Position numbers and translations under genes: made by a program. From Candidatus Bipolaricaulota bacterium (lineage in GTDB: Bacteria > Bipolaricaulota > Bipolaricaulia > UBA7950 > UBA9294): a DNA stretch of 64,000 bases. The stretch lies in contig JBFMGK010000003.1 in assembly GCA_040752575.1 (NCBI GenBank), positions 1-64,000 on the forward strand, in the 5' to 3' direction. The number at the start of each line of letters is the position of its first letter. Within the stretch, counting starts at the first letter, position 1. The notes below the pieces were generated by a model. It was not told the DNA's origin. It saw nothing but the letters and a program-made list of their open reading frames with translations, and made no database searches. Shown here in pieces: positions 9,300 through 19,496 of this stretch.

Positions 9300-10772
9300 A
9301 TGGCCGACGAGACCGCGAAACCCGACGTGAAGGACACGGCGGAGACATCCAAACAGCGCAAGCTGCTCGCTCTCGCGCCGCGAGAGACCGAACACGAAGT
9401 GGTCATCGGCCGAAAGACGCTCCGATATGTGGCCCGCGCCGGCGTCTTGCCGCTTGTCGACGAAATGGGCGCGACCGAGGCCGAGGTCTTCTTCACCGCG
9501 TACGAGCTGCTCGACGTCCCCGACCGTTCGCGAAGGCCGCTCACGTTCGCGTTCAACGGCGGTCCGGGGTCGTCATCGATCTGGCTCCACATGGGGGCCC
9601 TCGGCCCCCGACGCGTGAAGATGGAAGCCCAGGGGTGGATGCCCCAACCGCCGTTCCGCTGCGTCGACAACCCCCTGACGTGGCTCGACCGGACCGACCT
9701 CGTGTTTGTCGACCCCGTCGGCACGGGGTTCAGTCGCGCCGCGCGCCCGGACTCGGACAAGAAGTACTGGAGCTTTCAGGGCGACCTCGATTCGGTGGGG
9801 GAGTTCATCCGGCTCTACCTCACGCGCTACCAGCGCTGGACGTCCCCCCTCTTCCTCGCGGGCGAGAGCTACGGGACCACGCGTGCGGCCGGGCTGTCCG
9901 AGCACCTTGTCGACCGCGGGATCGCCTGCAACGGAATCATCCTGATCTCGACCGTTCTCGACTTCAGCGCCATTCGCTTCATGACGGCGAACGACTTACC
10001 TTTCCAGCTCTTCGTGCCGACCTATGCCGCGACCGCGTGGTACCACCGGCGGCTTGCGCCGGCGCTGCAACGCAAGCCCTTGGCCGAACTGCTGGCGGAA
10101 GTGAAGACTTGGTGCGAAGGCGAGTACACCCTTGCCCTCATGAAGGGCGATCGGCTGGCGCCCGCGGAACGGGAGAAGATCGCCAAGCGGCTCGCCGCGT
10201 ATGTGGGACTCGACGTCGCCTACGTTCTGGGGACGAACCTTCGCGTCGAGATCTTCCGATTCTGCAAGGAGCTGCTGCGCGACGAGCGGCGCAGCGTCGG
10301 GCGTCTCGACTCCCGCTTCAAGGGCATCGAGGCCCTGGCCGTGACGGAGCACCCCGAGTTCGATCCGTCGATGCTCGCGATCACGCCGCCGTACACGTCG
10401 GCGTTCAATCAGTACGTGCGCTCGTCGCTGGGCGTGGAGACCGATCTGGTCTACGAAGTGCTCAGCAGTTCGATCAACGAGAAGTGGACGTGGGAGAATG
10501 GCCGGCTTCCGGCGACGGGGGAGACGCTGCGCGCGGCCATCGCGAAGAACCCGTACATGCGAGTCCTCGTCGCCCAGGGAACCTACGACCTCGCCACGCC
10601 CCTCTTCGCCACCGAGTACATGCTCACGCACATGAACGTCGACGCCGCACTGCGGGCCAACGTCCAGATGGCGACCTACGAGGCCGGCCACATGCTCTAC
10701 CTCGATGAGGGCTGCCTCGCGCAACTCAAGTCGGACGTCGACGCGTTCCTCCGCGCGGCGACGCCGAAATAG
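9300..10772 (+). CDS. Serine carboxypeptidase, peptidase S10 family
   Basis: FNGGPGSSS, DPVGTGFS, GESYG nucleophile, YEAGHM. Confidence 0.93.
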   Translation: MADETAKPDVKDTAETSKQRKLLALAPRETEHEVVIGRKTLRYVARAGVLPLVDEMGATEAEVFFTAYELLDVPDRSRRPLTFAFNGGPGSSSIWLHMGALGPRRVKMEAQGWMPQPPFRCVDNPLTWLDRTDLVFVDPVGTGFSRAARPDSDKKYWSFQGDLDSVGEFIRLYLTRYQRWTSPLFLAGESYGTTRAAGLSEHLVDRGIACNGIILISTVLDFSAIRFMTANDLPFQLFVPTYAATAWYHRRLAPALQRKPLAELLAEVKTWCEGEYTLALMKGDRLAPAEREKIAKRLAAYVGLDVAYVLGTNLRVEIFRFCKELLRDERRSVGRLDSRFKGIEALAVTEHPEFDPSMLAITPPYTSAFNQYVRSSLGVETDLVYEVLSSSINEKWTWENGRLPATGETLRAAIAKNPYMRVLVAQGTYDLATPLFATEYMLTHMNVDAALRANVQMATYEAGHMLYLDEGCLAQLKSDVDAFLRAATPK

Positions 10773-10782
10773 GACCGTCTCG

Positions 10783-11424
10783 CTACGACGTGGATTCGGC
10801 GTCGTACGGGCGGGCGTCGAGGCGACCCGCGGTTCCCGTCTTTCGCGCCATACGGCGCCACATGGCGTTGCCGCCCACTCGATAGAGCCAGGGCGGCATC
10901 CCTTTTGGAAGGGGAACGTCTGGCGGCGGTTCTCCTCGGCCGATCGCATCGGCAATGCGAGCGAAGGCCGACTCGGGCACTCGGCGGTAGACCTGTGCGC
11001 CACCCAGGGCCAGAGCGCCAAGCCAACGCCACCCGGCTTCGTGAGCGAAGCGTTCGGCCAGGGCAACGGCGGACGCATTCTGCTCTCGTTCGGGAAAGCC
11101 GCATTGGATGAGCAGAAGAAACGCAACGCGTCCCTTGCCGCACGACTTCGCGACGAGCTCCTCCATGAGGGCGATGACGGGGGCGGGAAAGGAGTCAACA
11201 TAGAGGGGCGCGGACAGGAGGACCACGTCCGCCTCCCCGACGAGCCGGAGCGTCTTGTCGAGATCCGCCGGTGCCATCAGCGCTTCGTGCACGTGGACCG
11301 TGTCGCCTGTGAAGCCCCGCCGGCGCAACTCGTCGAGGAGCCGCTCGCCAAGACGGCCCGACGCACTTCGCTCGACACCCCGGGGACTCCCAACCAGCAG
11401 AACGGCCCGTTGCGCCTCGGTCAC
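10783..11424 (-). CDS. Flavodoxin-like NAD(P)H-dependent oxidoreductase
   Basis: LVGSPR, SAPLYVD, QCGFPE; overlaps the upstream flavodoxin stop. Confidence 0.8.
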   Translation of the reverse strand: MTEAQRAVLLVGSPRGVERSASGRLGERLLDELRRRGFTGDTVHVHEALMAPADLDKTLRLVGEADVVLLSAPLYVDSFPAPVIALMEELVAKSCGKGRVAFLLLIQCGFPEREQNASAVALAERFAHEAGWRWLGALALGGAQVYRRVPESAFARIADAIGRGEPPPDVPLPKGMPPWLYRVGGNAMWRRMARKTGTAGRLDARPYDAESTS

Positions 11425-11978
11425 GACGTCACCGCCTTCACGAGAGCAGAGATCGCCTCAGCGGCGCGCGGGTCTCCCCGGGTCACGACGGAGGCCGCCA
11501 TGCGCGAGGTCCGCAGGTTGAGTGCGTTCCGCTCGACCAGCGTCTTGAAGAGCGCCTCGGCGGGCAAGTCCGGCGCATCGAGCGTTCCCAAGCCCAAGAG
11601 AGCTGGGGGGCGCGGATAGCGTCTGCGATGGTGCGTCTCCCCCGCAACCCGAGCGAAGAACGGCGAGATGTTGGGGATCATCCTGTCGAGAGCCTTCTTC
11701 AGCTCCGCCGAGACCCCGCCGAACGTCACGGGCGTGAAGTACGCCATGAGGTCGCTGCGCGCCAGGGCGCGGGCGACGTCTCGTCCATCGTCGGCAAGGA
11801 CGCACTCGCCCGGGGTCTTCACCCAGCAGCCGAAGCATCCTAGGCATGGTGCGATCTTCTTCTCGCGTAGCGCGATGACCTCGACGGCGTGGTCGGCGCG
11901 GGCCAGTGAATCGACCAAATGGGCCAAGAGCGCGGAGTCTCTTTCGTCACGCGATCCATCGAGCACCACGGCCTTCAT
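11421..11978 (-). CDS. Flavodoxin-family iron-sulfur flavoprotein
   Basis: CLGCFGCWVKTPGEC cysteine cluster, TPVTFGG, KKALDR. Confidence 0.85.
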   Translation of the reverse strand: MKAVVLDGSRDERDSALLAHLVDSLARADHAVEVIALREKKIAPCLGCFGCWVKTPGECVLADDGRDVARALARSDLMAYFTPVTFGGVSAELKKALDRMIPNISPFFARVAGETHHRRRYPRPPALLGLGTLDAPDLPAEALFKTLVERNALNLRTSRMAASVVTRGDPRAAEAISALVKAVTS

Positions 11979-12201
11979 GCCGCCATCGTAGCGTCGCCCG
12001 CGCCGGCGGGTCAACGCCGGACTCCATCAGACGCGTCGTCCACCTTGCCATCCGCGAGAAGCGCGTGAACGCGCGGTCATATCTCGCCGCGCCACAGATC
12101 GGCCGAAGCGTTACCGCGTCCAGCGGCCCGGCGCAAGGCGTCGCGGGCACAGCCATTGCAGCGCAGGAGAGAGACCACTACGCTTAGCCTCGAGGTGGTA
12201 C

Positions 12202-12777
12202 GTGGACGATCGACGGAGAGTGCTCATTCTGGTTGGAAGCCCTCGCAGAAACGGCAACAGCGCCTCGTTGGCCGAGGTGTCGGCGCACGCCGCCCGCGAA
12301 GCCGGCGCCGACGTCGAGACCGTATTCCTGCACGAAGCAGGCATCGGACCCTGTACGGGGTGCGGCGCCTGCCGCGCGTCGGTCGAGGCAGAGTGCGTTC
12401 TGCGCGACGGGATGACGCCCCTCTACCCCAAGCTGCGGGCCGCACATGCGATCCTCATCGCGACGCCGATCTACAGCTACGACATGACCGCCCAGACCAA
12501 ACTCCTGATCGACCGGCTCTACGCTCTGGGAAGCCGTGACGGCAACGCGCTCAAGGGCAAACGCTTCGGCTTCCTCATCGTCTACGGAGCCAAGGACGAG
12601 GTCTCCTCGGGAGCTGCGACGGCCATGCGTTGCTTCCGCGACACGTTCGAGCGGAAGGCACAATGGATGGACATCGTCCACGGAACGGCCGGCGAAGCCG
12701 GCTCAGCCCTCGGCAACGCTCGCCTGGTCGCCGAGGCCGCTCGCCTCGGCACAGAACTCGCCCGCGCCGCCCGCTGA
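12202..12777 (+). CDS. Flavodoxin-family iron-sulfur flavoprotein (Isf-like)
   Basis: GSPRRNGNS, CTGCGAC...C, ATPIY, KLLIDR. Confidence 0.88.
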   Translation: MDDRRRVLILVGSPRRNGNSASLAEVSAHAAREAGADVETVFLHEAGIGPCTGCGACRASVEAECVLRDGMTPLYPKLRAAHAILIATPIYSYDMTAQTKLLIDRLYALGSRDGNALKGKRFGFLIVYGAKDEVSSGAATAMRCFRDTFERKAQWMDIVHGTAGEAGSALGNARLVAEAARLGTELARAAR

Positions 12778-12850
12778 CGGCATGTAGACCCCTGGCTCGT
12801 TTCCCCAAGGACTTCGCCAGTCCCTGCTTCTCGGACGGCGCGTCGTCGGG

Positions 12851-13041
12851 TACAATGGAGCGTGCGGGAGCTAGATCCCGCTTGAATGTCAGACCTATCT
12901 TGTTGATCTGTTTCGTGATGTGCTGACCCGGCCCGCGGGGCTGGGCGGGCGGTTCCACGGATGAAGAGTACGGACGATCGCAGGGGCTCGGTTTCGATCT
13001 GCGTTGGTTTTGGGTTTCGACTTGCGAGGAGGTGAGCGGAC
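12851..13041 (+). promoter_or_regulatory. Putative -10 box and long structured 5' leader of the KamA-like gene
   Basis: TACAAT at 12851-12856; hairpins at 12864-12881 and 12927-12945; AGGAGGTG RBS before ATG 13042. Confidence 0.4.
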
Positions 13042-14895
13042 ATGGTCGGGAGAGTTCCCGGTTCAGTGCGTGAGGTGGGCCTGGAGGCCTTGTGGAGGGA
13101 GGACCCGGCGCTCGCCGATCTCCTCGAGAAGAGCGAGACGATCGAGGCAGCGCGGGTTGCCTTGCGCGTCTACTTGAACGACCTCGAGGCCGCCCTGCGC
13201 GCGCGCGACGTATTGCGGAACCGCATCGAGCGAGCGGTCGCCCTGGATCGCATCGGAATCCTCAAGGAACTGCTGTCTCCGGAGAACGAAACGCTCGCAC
13301 AGTGCAGCCTTGTCGAGACGCTCTGGCGCTGGGCTCACGAGCCGGAGGCCTCGGGCGACATCTCTCCCGGTTTCATCGAGGAAGTGTGCCACCTCTTGCG
13401 CGCCGTGCGCGGTGAGACGGGCCTCGGCCGCGGCTGGTTGGCCGAGGCCGAAGAGGTCTCGGTCGAGCAGGGTCTTGGAACCGCACTGGCTCCCTCGGAC
13501 CGACGGCGGGCGCGACGCCGATCGATCGCCCTGGACGGCCTGGCCGACCACGTTTTCGACGCGATCGCCCGCTTTCCCTGCGGGCTCGATGAGCCCCTCG
13601 TCGGTCGCCGCGTGGAGAATCGGCGCCGCGTGCAGGCCTCTCTCGGCGCCACGAACGCGGAGTGGGACGACGGACGATGGCAGATGGAGCACGTGCTCAA
13701 AGGGAAGACCGGCGCGCGGATCGTCGGGCAACTCGTCTCCCTGTCGCGCGAAGAGGAGGAGGCCATCGACCTTGCCGTCACGCACGGCGTTCCGTGGGGG
13801 ATCACACCCTACTACCTCACGCTGTTCGACATGCCGTCATCGGACCGCATCGAGGACGGACAGGTGCGTAGCCAGGTCATCCCGCCCGTTCACACGGTGC
13901 GCGCGATGATCGACCACCGCGGCGACCGCAAGACGGCCTTCGACTTCATGCGAGAAGGAGAGACGTCCCCGGCGGACGGCGTCACGCGCCGCTACGCCGA
14001 GGTTGCCATCTTGAAGCTCTGCGACACGTGCCCGCAGATCTGCACGTACTGCCAGCGCAACTGGGAGATCGAGGAGCCCATGGCGGCAAGCAAGATGCCC
14101 ACGCTTGCGGCCATCGAGCCGGCCCTGCGGTGGTTCGCCGAGCATCCCGAGGTTGTCGACGTCCTGATCACGGGAGGCGACCCCCTCGTCGCGACGGACG
14201 ACGTGCTGCGCGCGCTCCTCGAGCGCCTCGCTGGGATGAGCCACGTGCAGTACATCAGGATCGGGACGCGCGTTCCGGTCACCGCGCCGACGCGTGTAAC
14301 CGAGGAACTCGCCGAGCTTCTGGGCTCGTACATCGTCCCCGGACGGCGCGACGTGGTCATCACGACGCACGTTGAGAGCCCCTACGAAGTAACCCCCGAG
14401 CTAGCCGCGGCCGTGAGCCGCCTGAGGAACCGCGGCGTGCGCGTCTACAACCAGCAGGTGTTCACGTTCGAGACGAGCCGCCGTTTCCAGACCGTCGCCA
14501 ACCGTCTGGCGCTCAAGCGCGCCGGCATCGATCCGTACTACACCTTCTACACAAAGGGGAAGGACGAGCACCGCGACTACCTTGTTCCTGTCGCGCGGCT
14601 TCTTCAGGAGCGCAAAGAGGAAGCGCGCCTTCTCCCCGGCATGTATCGCACCGACGAGTCAGTGTTCAACGTACCCGGTCTCGGCAAGCATCACCTTCGT
14701 GCGGCGCAGGACCGCGAGTGGATCGGTCTACGCGCCGACGGTCGCCGAGTCTACCTGTTCCACCCGTGGGAGAAGGGGATCGCCCCCGTGCCCGCATGGC
14801 CGTACGTCGATGTCTCGATTGCGGAGTACCTCGATCGTCTCGCCGCGCACGGCGAGAACGTCGCGGACTACGAGTCCATCTGGTACTACAGCTAG
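13042..14895 (+). CDS. KamA-family radical SAM protein (lysine 2,3-aminomutase-like, long form)
   Basis: ITPYY, RRY, CPQICTYCQR (CxxxCxxC), VLITGGDP, IRIGTR, NQQV, PYY, and PGLGK with the candidate PLP lysine. Confidence 0.88.
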   Translation: MVGRVPGSVREVGLEALWREDPALADLLEKSETIEAARVALRVYLNDLEAALRARDVLRNRIERAVALDRIGILKELLSPENETLAQCSLVETLWRWAHEPEASGDISPGFIEEVCHLLRAVRGETGLGRGWLAEAEEVSVEQGLGTALAPSDRRRARRRSIALDGLADHVFDAIARFPCGLDEPLVGRRVENRRRVQASLGATNAEWDDGRWQMEHVLKGKTGARIVGQLVSLSREEEEAIDLAVTHGVPWGITPYYLTLFDMPSSDRIEDGQVRSQVIPPVHTVRAMIDHRGDRKTAFDFMREGETSPADGVTRRYAEVAILKLCDTCPQICTYCQRNWEIEEPMAASKMPTLAAIEPALRWFAEHPEVVDVLITGGDPLVATDDVLRALLERLAGMSHVQYIRIGTRVPVTAPTRVTEELAELLGSYIVPGRRDVVITTHVESPYEVTPELAAAVSRLRNRGVRVYNQQVFTFETSRRFQTVANRLALKRAGIDPYYTFYTKGKDEHRDYLVPVARLLQERKEEARLLPGMYRTDESVFNVPGLGKHHLRAAQDREWIGLRADGRRVYLFHPWEKGIAPVPAWPYVDVSIAEYLDRLAAHGENVADYESIWYYS

Positions 14896-14908
14896 GCCGG
14901 CCGACGGG

Positions 14909-15832
14909 TCAGCGCACGGCAGCGGCGAGGTGAGACAGGAACAGCTCGCGGTCGGCGTCGAGGACAACGTCGGCGTTGGGCGTCTTGCCCGACACGCGCA
15001 GGTGGTCGACTACCGTGGCCCCGCGCGTGAGTTCGCTATGGCTCTCGATGTCGACGCGCAACCGCTGGACGACCGTCGCAACGCGAGGATCCAGCGCGAC
15101 AGCCATCGCGATCGGGTCGGGAAGATCGAATCCCTCCTGCTTCAGGTAGCTCTTCCCGAACTCGCGCAGTCCCTTCTGGATGTCAACGCAGAACGCCGCA
15201 AGGTCCGAGACTTGGCGCAGGCGTCGCTCATCTTCGGGGCTGAACCGGGCACGTTTGTGCGAGACGTCCCATCCGACCATCTCGATCGGCATCCCGGACT
15301 CGAAGACGATCCGCGCCGCTTCCGGGTCGACCCAGATGTTGTACTCCGCGGCGGGCACGATGTTCCCGTAGCCGAAACCGATGCCGCCCATAACGACGCA
15401 CCGCGCGACATCCTTCGCGAACTCCGGCCTCCGCAGTAGAGCTACGGCGACGTTCGAGAGAGGTCCTAGCGTCACGAGCGTGAGTTCGCCGCGATGGCGC
15501 TCCGCTTGCGCAAGAAGGACATCGATCGCATGGCCGTCGGCCGGAACGCGTCCCGACAGAGGCAGGCCGATATCGCCCAGCCCGTCTTCGCCGTGACAGA
15601 ACTGCGCCGTCTGGAGCGGCCGCAGCAGGGGCTTTGCCAAGCCGGCGTAGACCGGGACGCGCTCCCCGCACCGCTCCACCGTGTACAGGGCGTTCTGGAC
15701 CCCAACCTCGAGGGGAACATTGCCGGCCACAACGGTGATCGCGTCGACCGAAACGCCCTCATGCCGAAGCGCCATGACCAGAGCCACCGCGTCGTCGGAC
15801 GCCGTGTCCGTGTCGATCACAAAGTGCCGCAC
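14909..15832 (-). CDS. Nucleoside hydrolase (IU-NH/Rih family)
   Basis: IDTDTASDDAVAL, HGEDGLG, LGPLSN, AEYNIWVDPEAA, PDP. Confidence 0.93.
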   Translation of the reverse strand: MRHFVIDTDTASDDAVALVMALRHEGVSVDAITVVAGNVPLEVGVQNALYTVERCGERVPVYAGLAKPLLRPLQTAQFCHGEDGLGDIGLPLSGRVPADGHAIDVLLAQAERHRGELTLVTLGPLSNVAVALLRRPEFAKDVARCVVMGGIGFGYGNIVPAAEYNIWVDPEAARIVFESGMPIEMVGWDVSHKRARFSPEDERRLRQVSDLAAFCVDIQKGLREFGKSYLKQEGFDLPDPIAMAVALDPRVATVVQRLRVDIESHSELTRGATVVDHLRVSGKTPNADVVLDADRELFLSHLAAAVR

Positions 15833-15860
15833 GCGAACCTCCCTCTCACGCCTCCGGCCG

Positions 15861-16055
15861 TCACGATACGCGCGCCGAGAACCGATGTGAACCGCCCGCG
15901 CGTGGATCCTGCCACAGCGAGCCTATCGGCACGTCGCCGAAATGCGCACCGGTTTCACCGTCGTACCACACGACGCCTGCCCGGAGTGCCTCTCCCGACG
16001 CCTGGCGCAGCTTGCGCAAGCTGTGGAAGTCGGCCGCGGTGACGGTCGCCGCGGC
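15861..16055 (-). pseudogene. C-terminal remnant of an AAA_14/DUF4143-type ATP-binding protein
   Basis: Start-less frame AAATVTAADFHSLRKLRQASGEALRAGVVWYDGETGAHFGDVPIGSLW, preceded by an in-frame TGA. Resembles, from memory, the family C-terminus EVKAAATVT..DF.GLRKL...GVVLYDGE...FG....VPI..LW. Confidence 0.65.
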
Positions 16056-16123
16056 TCATGGTGCGAAAGCGCCAGCTCACGTACGACCTCCTCTCGATCC
16101 ACGTGGCTTCATGGGCCCCTCCA

Positions 16124-19100
16124 TCATGCCACCCACCCCTCCGAAAGAGCCTCGGCCTGTTCGAGAACGGTCTCGGTCGCCTTGGCCTGCTTGTCCGGCG
16201 GGTAGCCGTACTTGCGCAGGATGCGTTTGACGAGCACGCGTAGCTGAGCGCGAACGTTCTCGCGCACGGTCCAGTCGATCTTGACGTTCTTCCGCACGGT
16301 GTCGGCCAGCTCGCGCGCGATGGTCCGCAGGGTCTCGTCGCCGAGCACCTTCACGGCGCTGTCGTTCGTCTCGAGCGCGTCGTAGAAGGCGACTTCGTCG
16401 TCGCTGAGCTTCAGCCTCTCGCCCCGCGTGTCGGCCTGGCGGATGTCTTTCGCGAGACCGATCAGCTCTTCGATGACCTCCACGGTCTCGATCGCGCGGT
16501 TCTGGTACTTGCGGATCGACTGTTCGAGCAGCTCGGCGAACGACCGCGCCTGCACGACGTTTCGCTTCGAGCGTGTCTTGATCTCGCCCGCGAGGAGCTT
16601 GCGCAGAAGCTCGACGGCGAGGTTCTTCTGCGGCATGCCGCGCACCTCGGCAAGGAATTGCTCGGAGAGAATCGAGATGTCGGGTTTCTTGAGACCTGCG
16701 GCGGCAAACAGGTCGACCACGTCGTCGGAGACGATGGCGCCGGAGATGATCTGCCGGATGGCGTGGTCGAGTTCCTCGTCGGTCTTGCGATCGACGGTTG
16801 CGCCCTTGGCGAGCACGGCGCGCACGGCCTGGAAGAAGCCGACGTCGTCGCGAATCGCGAGCGCCTGCTCGTGCGGCACGGCCAGAGCGAACGCCTGCGA
16901 TAGCTCAGTCACGGCGCGCAGCCAGCGTGCTTTTCCGTCCGCCTGCGCCAGGATGTGCTCCTGTGCCAGAGGCAGGAGCGCGAGCTTCTCCTGTGGCGTT
17001 CCGCTCACCCACTTCGCCCAGTTGAAGCCCGGAACGACGCCTGCTGGCGTCGGAAACTGAGCAAGGAGGCCGCGGCAGATCTCGTACTTCTCGAGGATCA
17101 GCGAGACGGCCTCGGCTTGGTCGATCGCTGTCTCTCCCGTCCCGCCGCTCTCGGTGTAGGTCGCAAGCGCGCGGCGCAGCTCGTCGGCGAGGCCGAGGTA
17201 GTCGACCACCAGACCGCCGGGCTTGTCGCCGAACACGCGGTTCACGCGCGCGATCGCCTGCATCAGGCCGTGCCCGCGCATTGGCTTGTCGACGTACATC
17301 GTGTGCAGGCTCGGCGCATCGAACCCGGTGAGCCACGTGTCGCGAACGATCACGACACGGAACGGATCGGCCGGATCGCGGAAACGCGCCGCCAGAACCT
17401 CGCGCTTCGGCTTATTGCGGATGTGCGGCTGCCAATCGAGCGAGTCGCTCGCCGAGCCGGTCATCACGACCTTCATCGACCCGTGCTCGTCGTCCGCGCC
17501 ATGCCATTGCGGCCGCAGCGCGGCGATCTCGCGGTACAGCTCGACGCAGATGCGGCGGCTCATGCAGACAATCATCGCCTTGCCTTGCATCGCTGCGAGC
17601 CGCTTCTCGTAGTGATCGACGATGTCGCGCGCGATGACCTTCACGCGCTGCGGCGAGCCGACGACGGCTTCGAGCTGGGCCCACTTCGTCTTGAGCTTCT
17701 CCTTGCGCTCGACCTCTTCGCCTTCGGTCGCCTCGTCGAAGTCGAGGTCGATCTTCGGCTTGTCGGCTTCGGCAAGGGCGAGCTTCGCGAGGCGGCTCTC
17801 GTAGTAGATGGGCACCGTCGCCCCGTCAGCGACCGCGCGCTGGATGTCGTAGACGCTGATGTAGTCGCCGAACACGGCGCGCGTGTTCTTGTCGGTCAGA
17901 TCGATCGGGGTTCCGGTGAACCCGATGAACGACGCGTTGGGCAACGCGTCGCGCATGTGGCGAGCGTACCCGTCGATGAAGTCATACTGGCTACGGTGTG
18001 CCTCGTCGGCTAGGACCACGATGTTCCGTCGGTCTGAGAGTACCGCGTGCTGGTCGCCGCCCGGCTCAGGAAAGAACTTCTGGATCGTGGTGAAGACCAC
18101 CCCGCCGCCCTCGGTGCGGAGCTTCGCGCGAAGATCGGCCCGGTCCTGGGCCTGCTCCGGCGCCCAGCCGACCACTTCGCGACAGCGCGAGAACGTGCCG
18201 AAGAGCTGATCGTCGAGATCGTTGCGGTCCGTGATGACGACGATCGTCGGATTCGCCATCGCCGGCTCAAGGATGATCCGTCCGGCGTAGAACGCCATCG
18301 TCAGGCTCTTACCCGAGCCCTGCGTGTGCCAGATGACGCCGACCCTGCGATCGCCGGGATCACCGCCCGGGCGGAGGCCTGCCTCGTAGCGCCCAGGCAC
18401 GTAGGCCGTTCGATCGTCCGGCACCTGCCGCGTCGCGCGCAGCGTCTCCTCCACCGCGGCGTTCACGGCGTGGAACTGGTGGTAGCCGGCCATCTTCTTG
18501 CTCGCAATGCCCGCAGCATTGCCGTCCTCGAAGACCACGAAGTGGCGAACCAGGTCGAGAAGACGCCGCTTGTCGAAGACGCCGCGCAGCAGGACCTCGA
18601 GCTCTGTCAGGCGTGCGCTCGCGTCCTCCTTCCCCTCGATCGTGCGCCACGGCTTGAACCACTCCCGCCCCGCACCCAGAGCGCCAATCCGCGCCAGCGT
18701 CCCGTCCGAGACGACAAGCGCCTCGTTGTAGGCAAGGAGCGCGGGGATCTCCGCCTGGTAGGTCTGGAGCTGCTTGTACGCCGTCCACACCGTCGCGTTC
18801 TCGTCGGCCGGGTTTTTGAGCTCAATGACCGCGAGCGGCAGGCCGTTCACGAACAAGACGATGTCTGGCCGCCGCGTGTGCTGGCCTTCGGCAACCGTGA
18901 ACTGGTTCACCGCCAGCCAACCGTTGTTGTTGGGGTCCTCGAAGTCGAGGACGCGAGCCTGATCGCCCGCAATCGGTCCATCTGGGCGCCGGTACTCCAC
19001 CGGGACACCCTTCACGAGCATGCGGTGCACGACGCGGTTGCGCTCAATCAACGAGGGCGCATCGACGCGCGTCAGCTTCCGGAAGGTGTCTTCGAGCGCT

Positions 19101-19303
19101 TCGGGCGGAAGCTGCGGATTGAGCTTCACGAGCGCATCGCGGAGGCGGCACTCCAGGACCACATCGCGGAAGCTGGGATAACTTCGCTCGGCATTGAGTT
19201 CTCCGGCCGCGATGGCGGGCCCGTAGAGCACTGCATAGCCAAGCTCTTCGAGCCAGGCGAGGGCAGCGTCTTCTACGACAGATTCCGTAAAGGCCCTAGC
19301 CAT
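16124..19303 (-). CDS. hsdR: Type I restriction endonuclease subunit R
   Basis: [20 protein letters not shown] nuclease motif, [36 protein letters not shown]. Confidence 0.97.
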   Translation of the reverse strand: MARAFTESVVEDAALAWLEELGYAVLYGPAIAAGELNAERSYPSFRDVVLECRLRDALVKLNPQLPPEALEDTFRKLTRVDAPSLIERNRVVHRMLVKGVPVEYRRPDGPIAGDQARVLDFEDPNNNGWLAVNQFTVAEGQHTRRPDIVLFVNGLPLAVIELKNPADENATVWTAYKQLQTYQAEIPALLAYNEALVVSDGTLARIGALGAGREWFKPWRTIEGKEDASARLTELEVLLRGVFDKRRLLDLVRHFVVFEDGNAAGIASKKMAGYHQFHAVNAAVEETLRATRQVPDDRTAYVPGRYEAGLRPGGDPGDRRVGVIWHTQGSGKSLTMAFYAGRIILEPAMANPTIVVITDRNDLDDQLFGTFSRCREVVGWAPEQAQDRADLRAKLRTEGGGVVFTTIQKFFPEPGGDQHAVLSDRRNIVVLADEAHRSQYDFIDGYARHMRDALPNASFIGFTGTPIDLTDKNTRAVFGDYISVYDIQRAVADGATVPIYYESRLAKLALAEADKPKIDLDFDEATEGEEVERKEKLKTKWAQLEAVVGSPQRVKVIARDIVDHYEKRLAAMQGKAMIVCMSRRICVELYREIAALRPQWHGADDEHGSMKVVMTGSASDSLDWQPHIRNKPKREVLAARFRDPADPFRVVIVRDTWLTGFDAPSLHTMYVDKPMRGHGLMQAIARVNRVFGDKPGGLVVDYLGLADELRRALATYTESGGTGETAIDQAEAVSLILEKYEICRGLLAQFPTPAGVVPGFNWAKWVSGTPQEKLALLPLAQEHILAQADGKARWLRAVTELSQAFALAVPHEQALAIRDDVGFFQAVRAVLAKGATVDRKTDEELDHAIRQIISGAIVSDDVVDLFAAAGLKKPDISILSEQFLAEVRGMPQKNLAVELLRKLLAGEIKTRSKRNVVQARSFAELLEQSIRKYQNRAIETVEVIEELIGLAKDIRQADTRGERLKLSDDEVAFYDALETNDSAVKVLGDETLRTIARELADTVRKNVKIDWTVRENVRAQLRVLVKRILRKYGYPPDKQAKATETVLEQAEALSEGWVA

Positions 19304-19496
19304 GGCCTCTCAGTTCAGGCGAGCGCTTCGCCCGGCCTGCGTGCCGCCTCTCCCGTATCCGGCAACGGTTGCCGGATTCATTGCCGGATACTCCTCCGTT
19401 CAGGAGCGTTAGCCATGTATCCGGCAATCCGACCTTGCTTCGTTGCCGGATAGCCGGCACCGCAGAAGGAGCGCAGCCGAACCATGCGGTCCTCAT
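19296..19496 (-). other. Short linker ORF (66 aa) coupling the deaminase gene to hsdR
   Basis: ATG overlaps the deaminase TGA (ATGA); its TAG lies just inside the hsdR start. No recognisable domain. Confidence 0.35.
19355..19452. repeat. Cluster of five ATCCGGCAA motifs in mixed orientation
   Basis: Forward copies at 19355-19366 and 19417-19428; reverse copies at 19368-19378, 19380-19391 and 19442-19452. Confidence 0.8.

Noticed and set aside
12860..13040. Lysine or SAM riboswitch call
   Set aside because: I could not find the conserved cores by eye; kept only as an unassigned structured leader.
13042..14895. EF-P beta-lysylation enzyme EpmB
   Set aside because: Much longer than EpmB and no efp or epmA adjacent.
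19355..19452. CRISPR array
   Set aside because: Units are ~10 bp, in mixed orientation and irregularly spaced; no cas genes or regular repeat-spacer array seen anywhere in the window.
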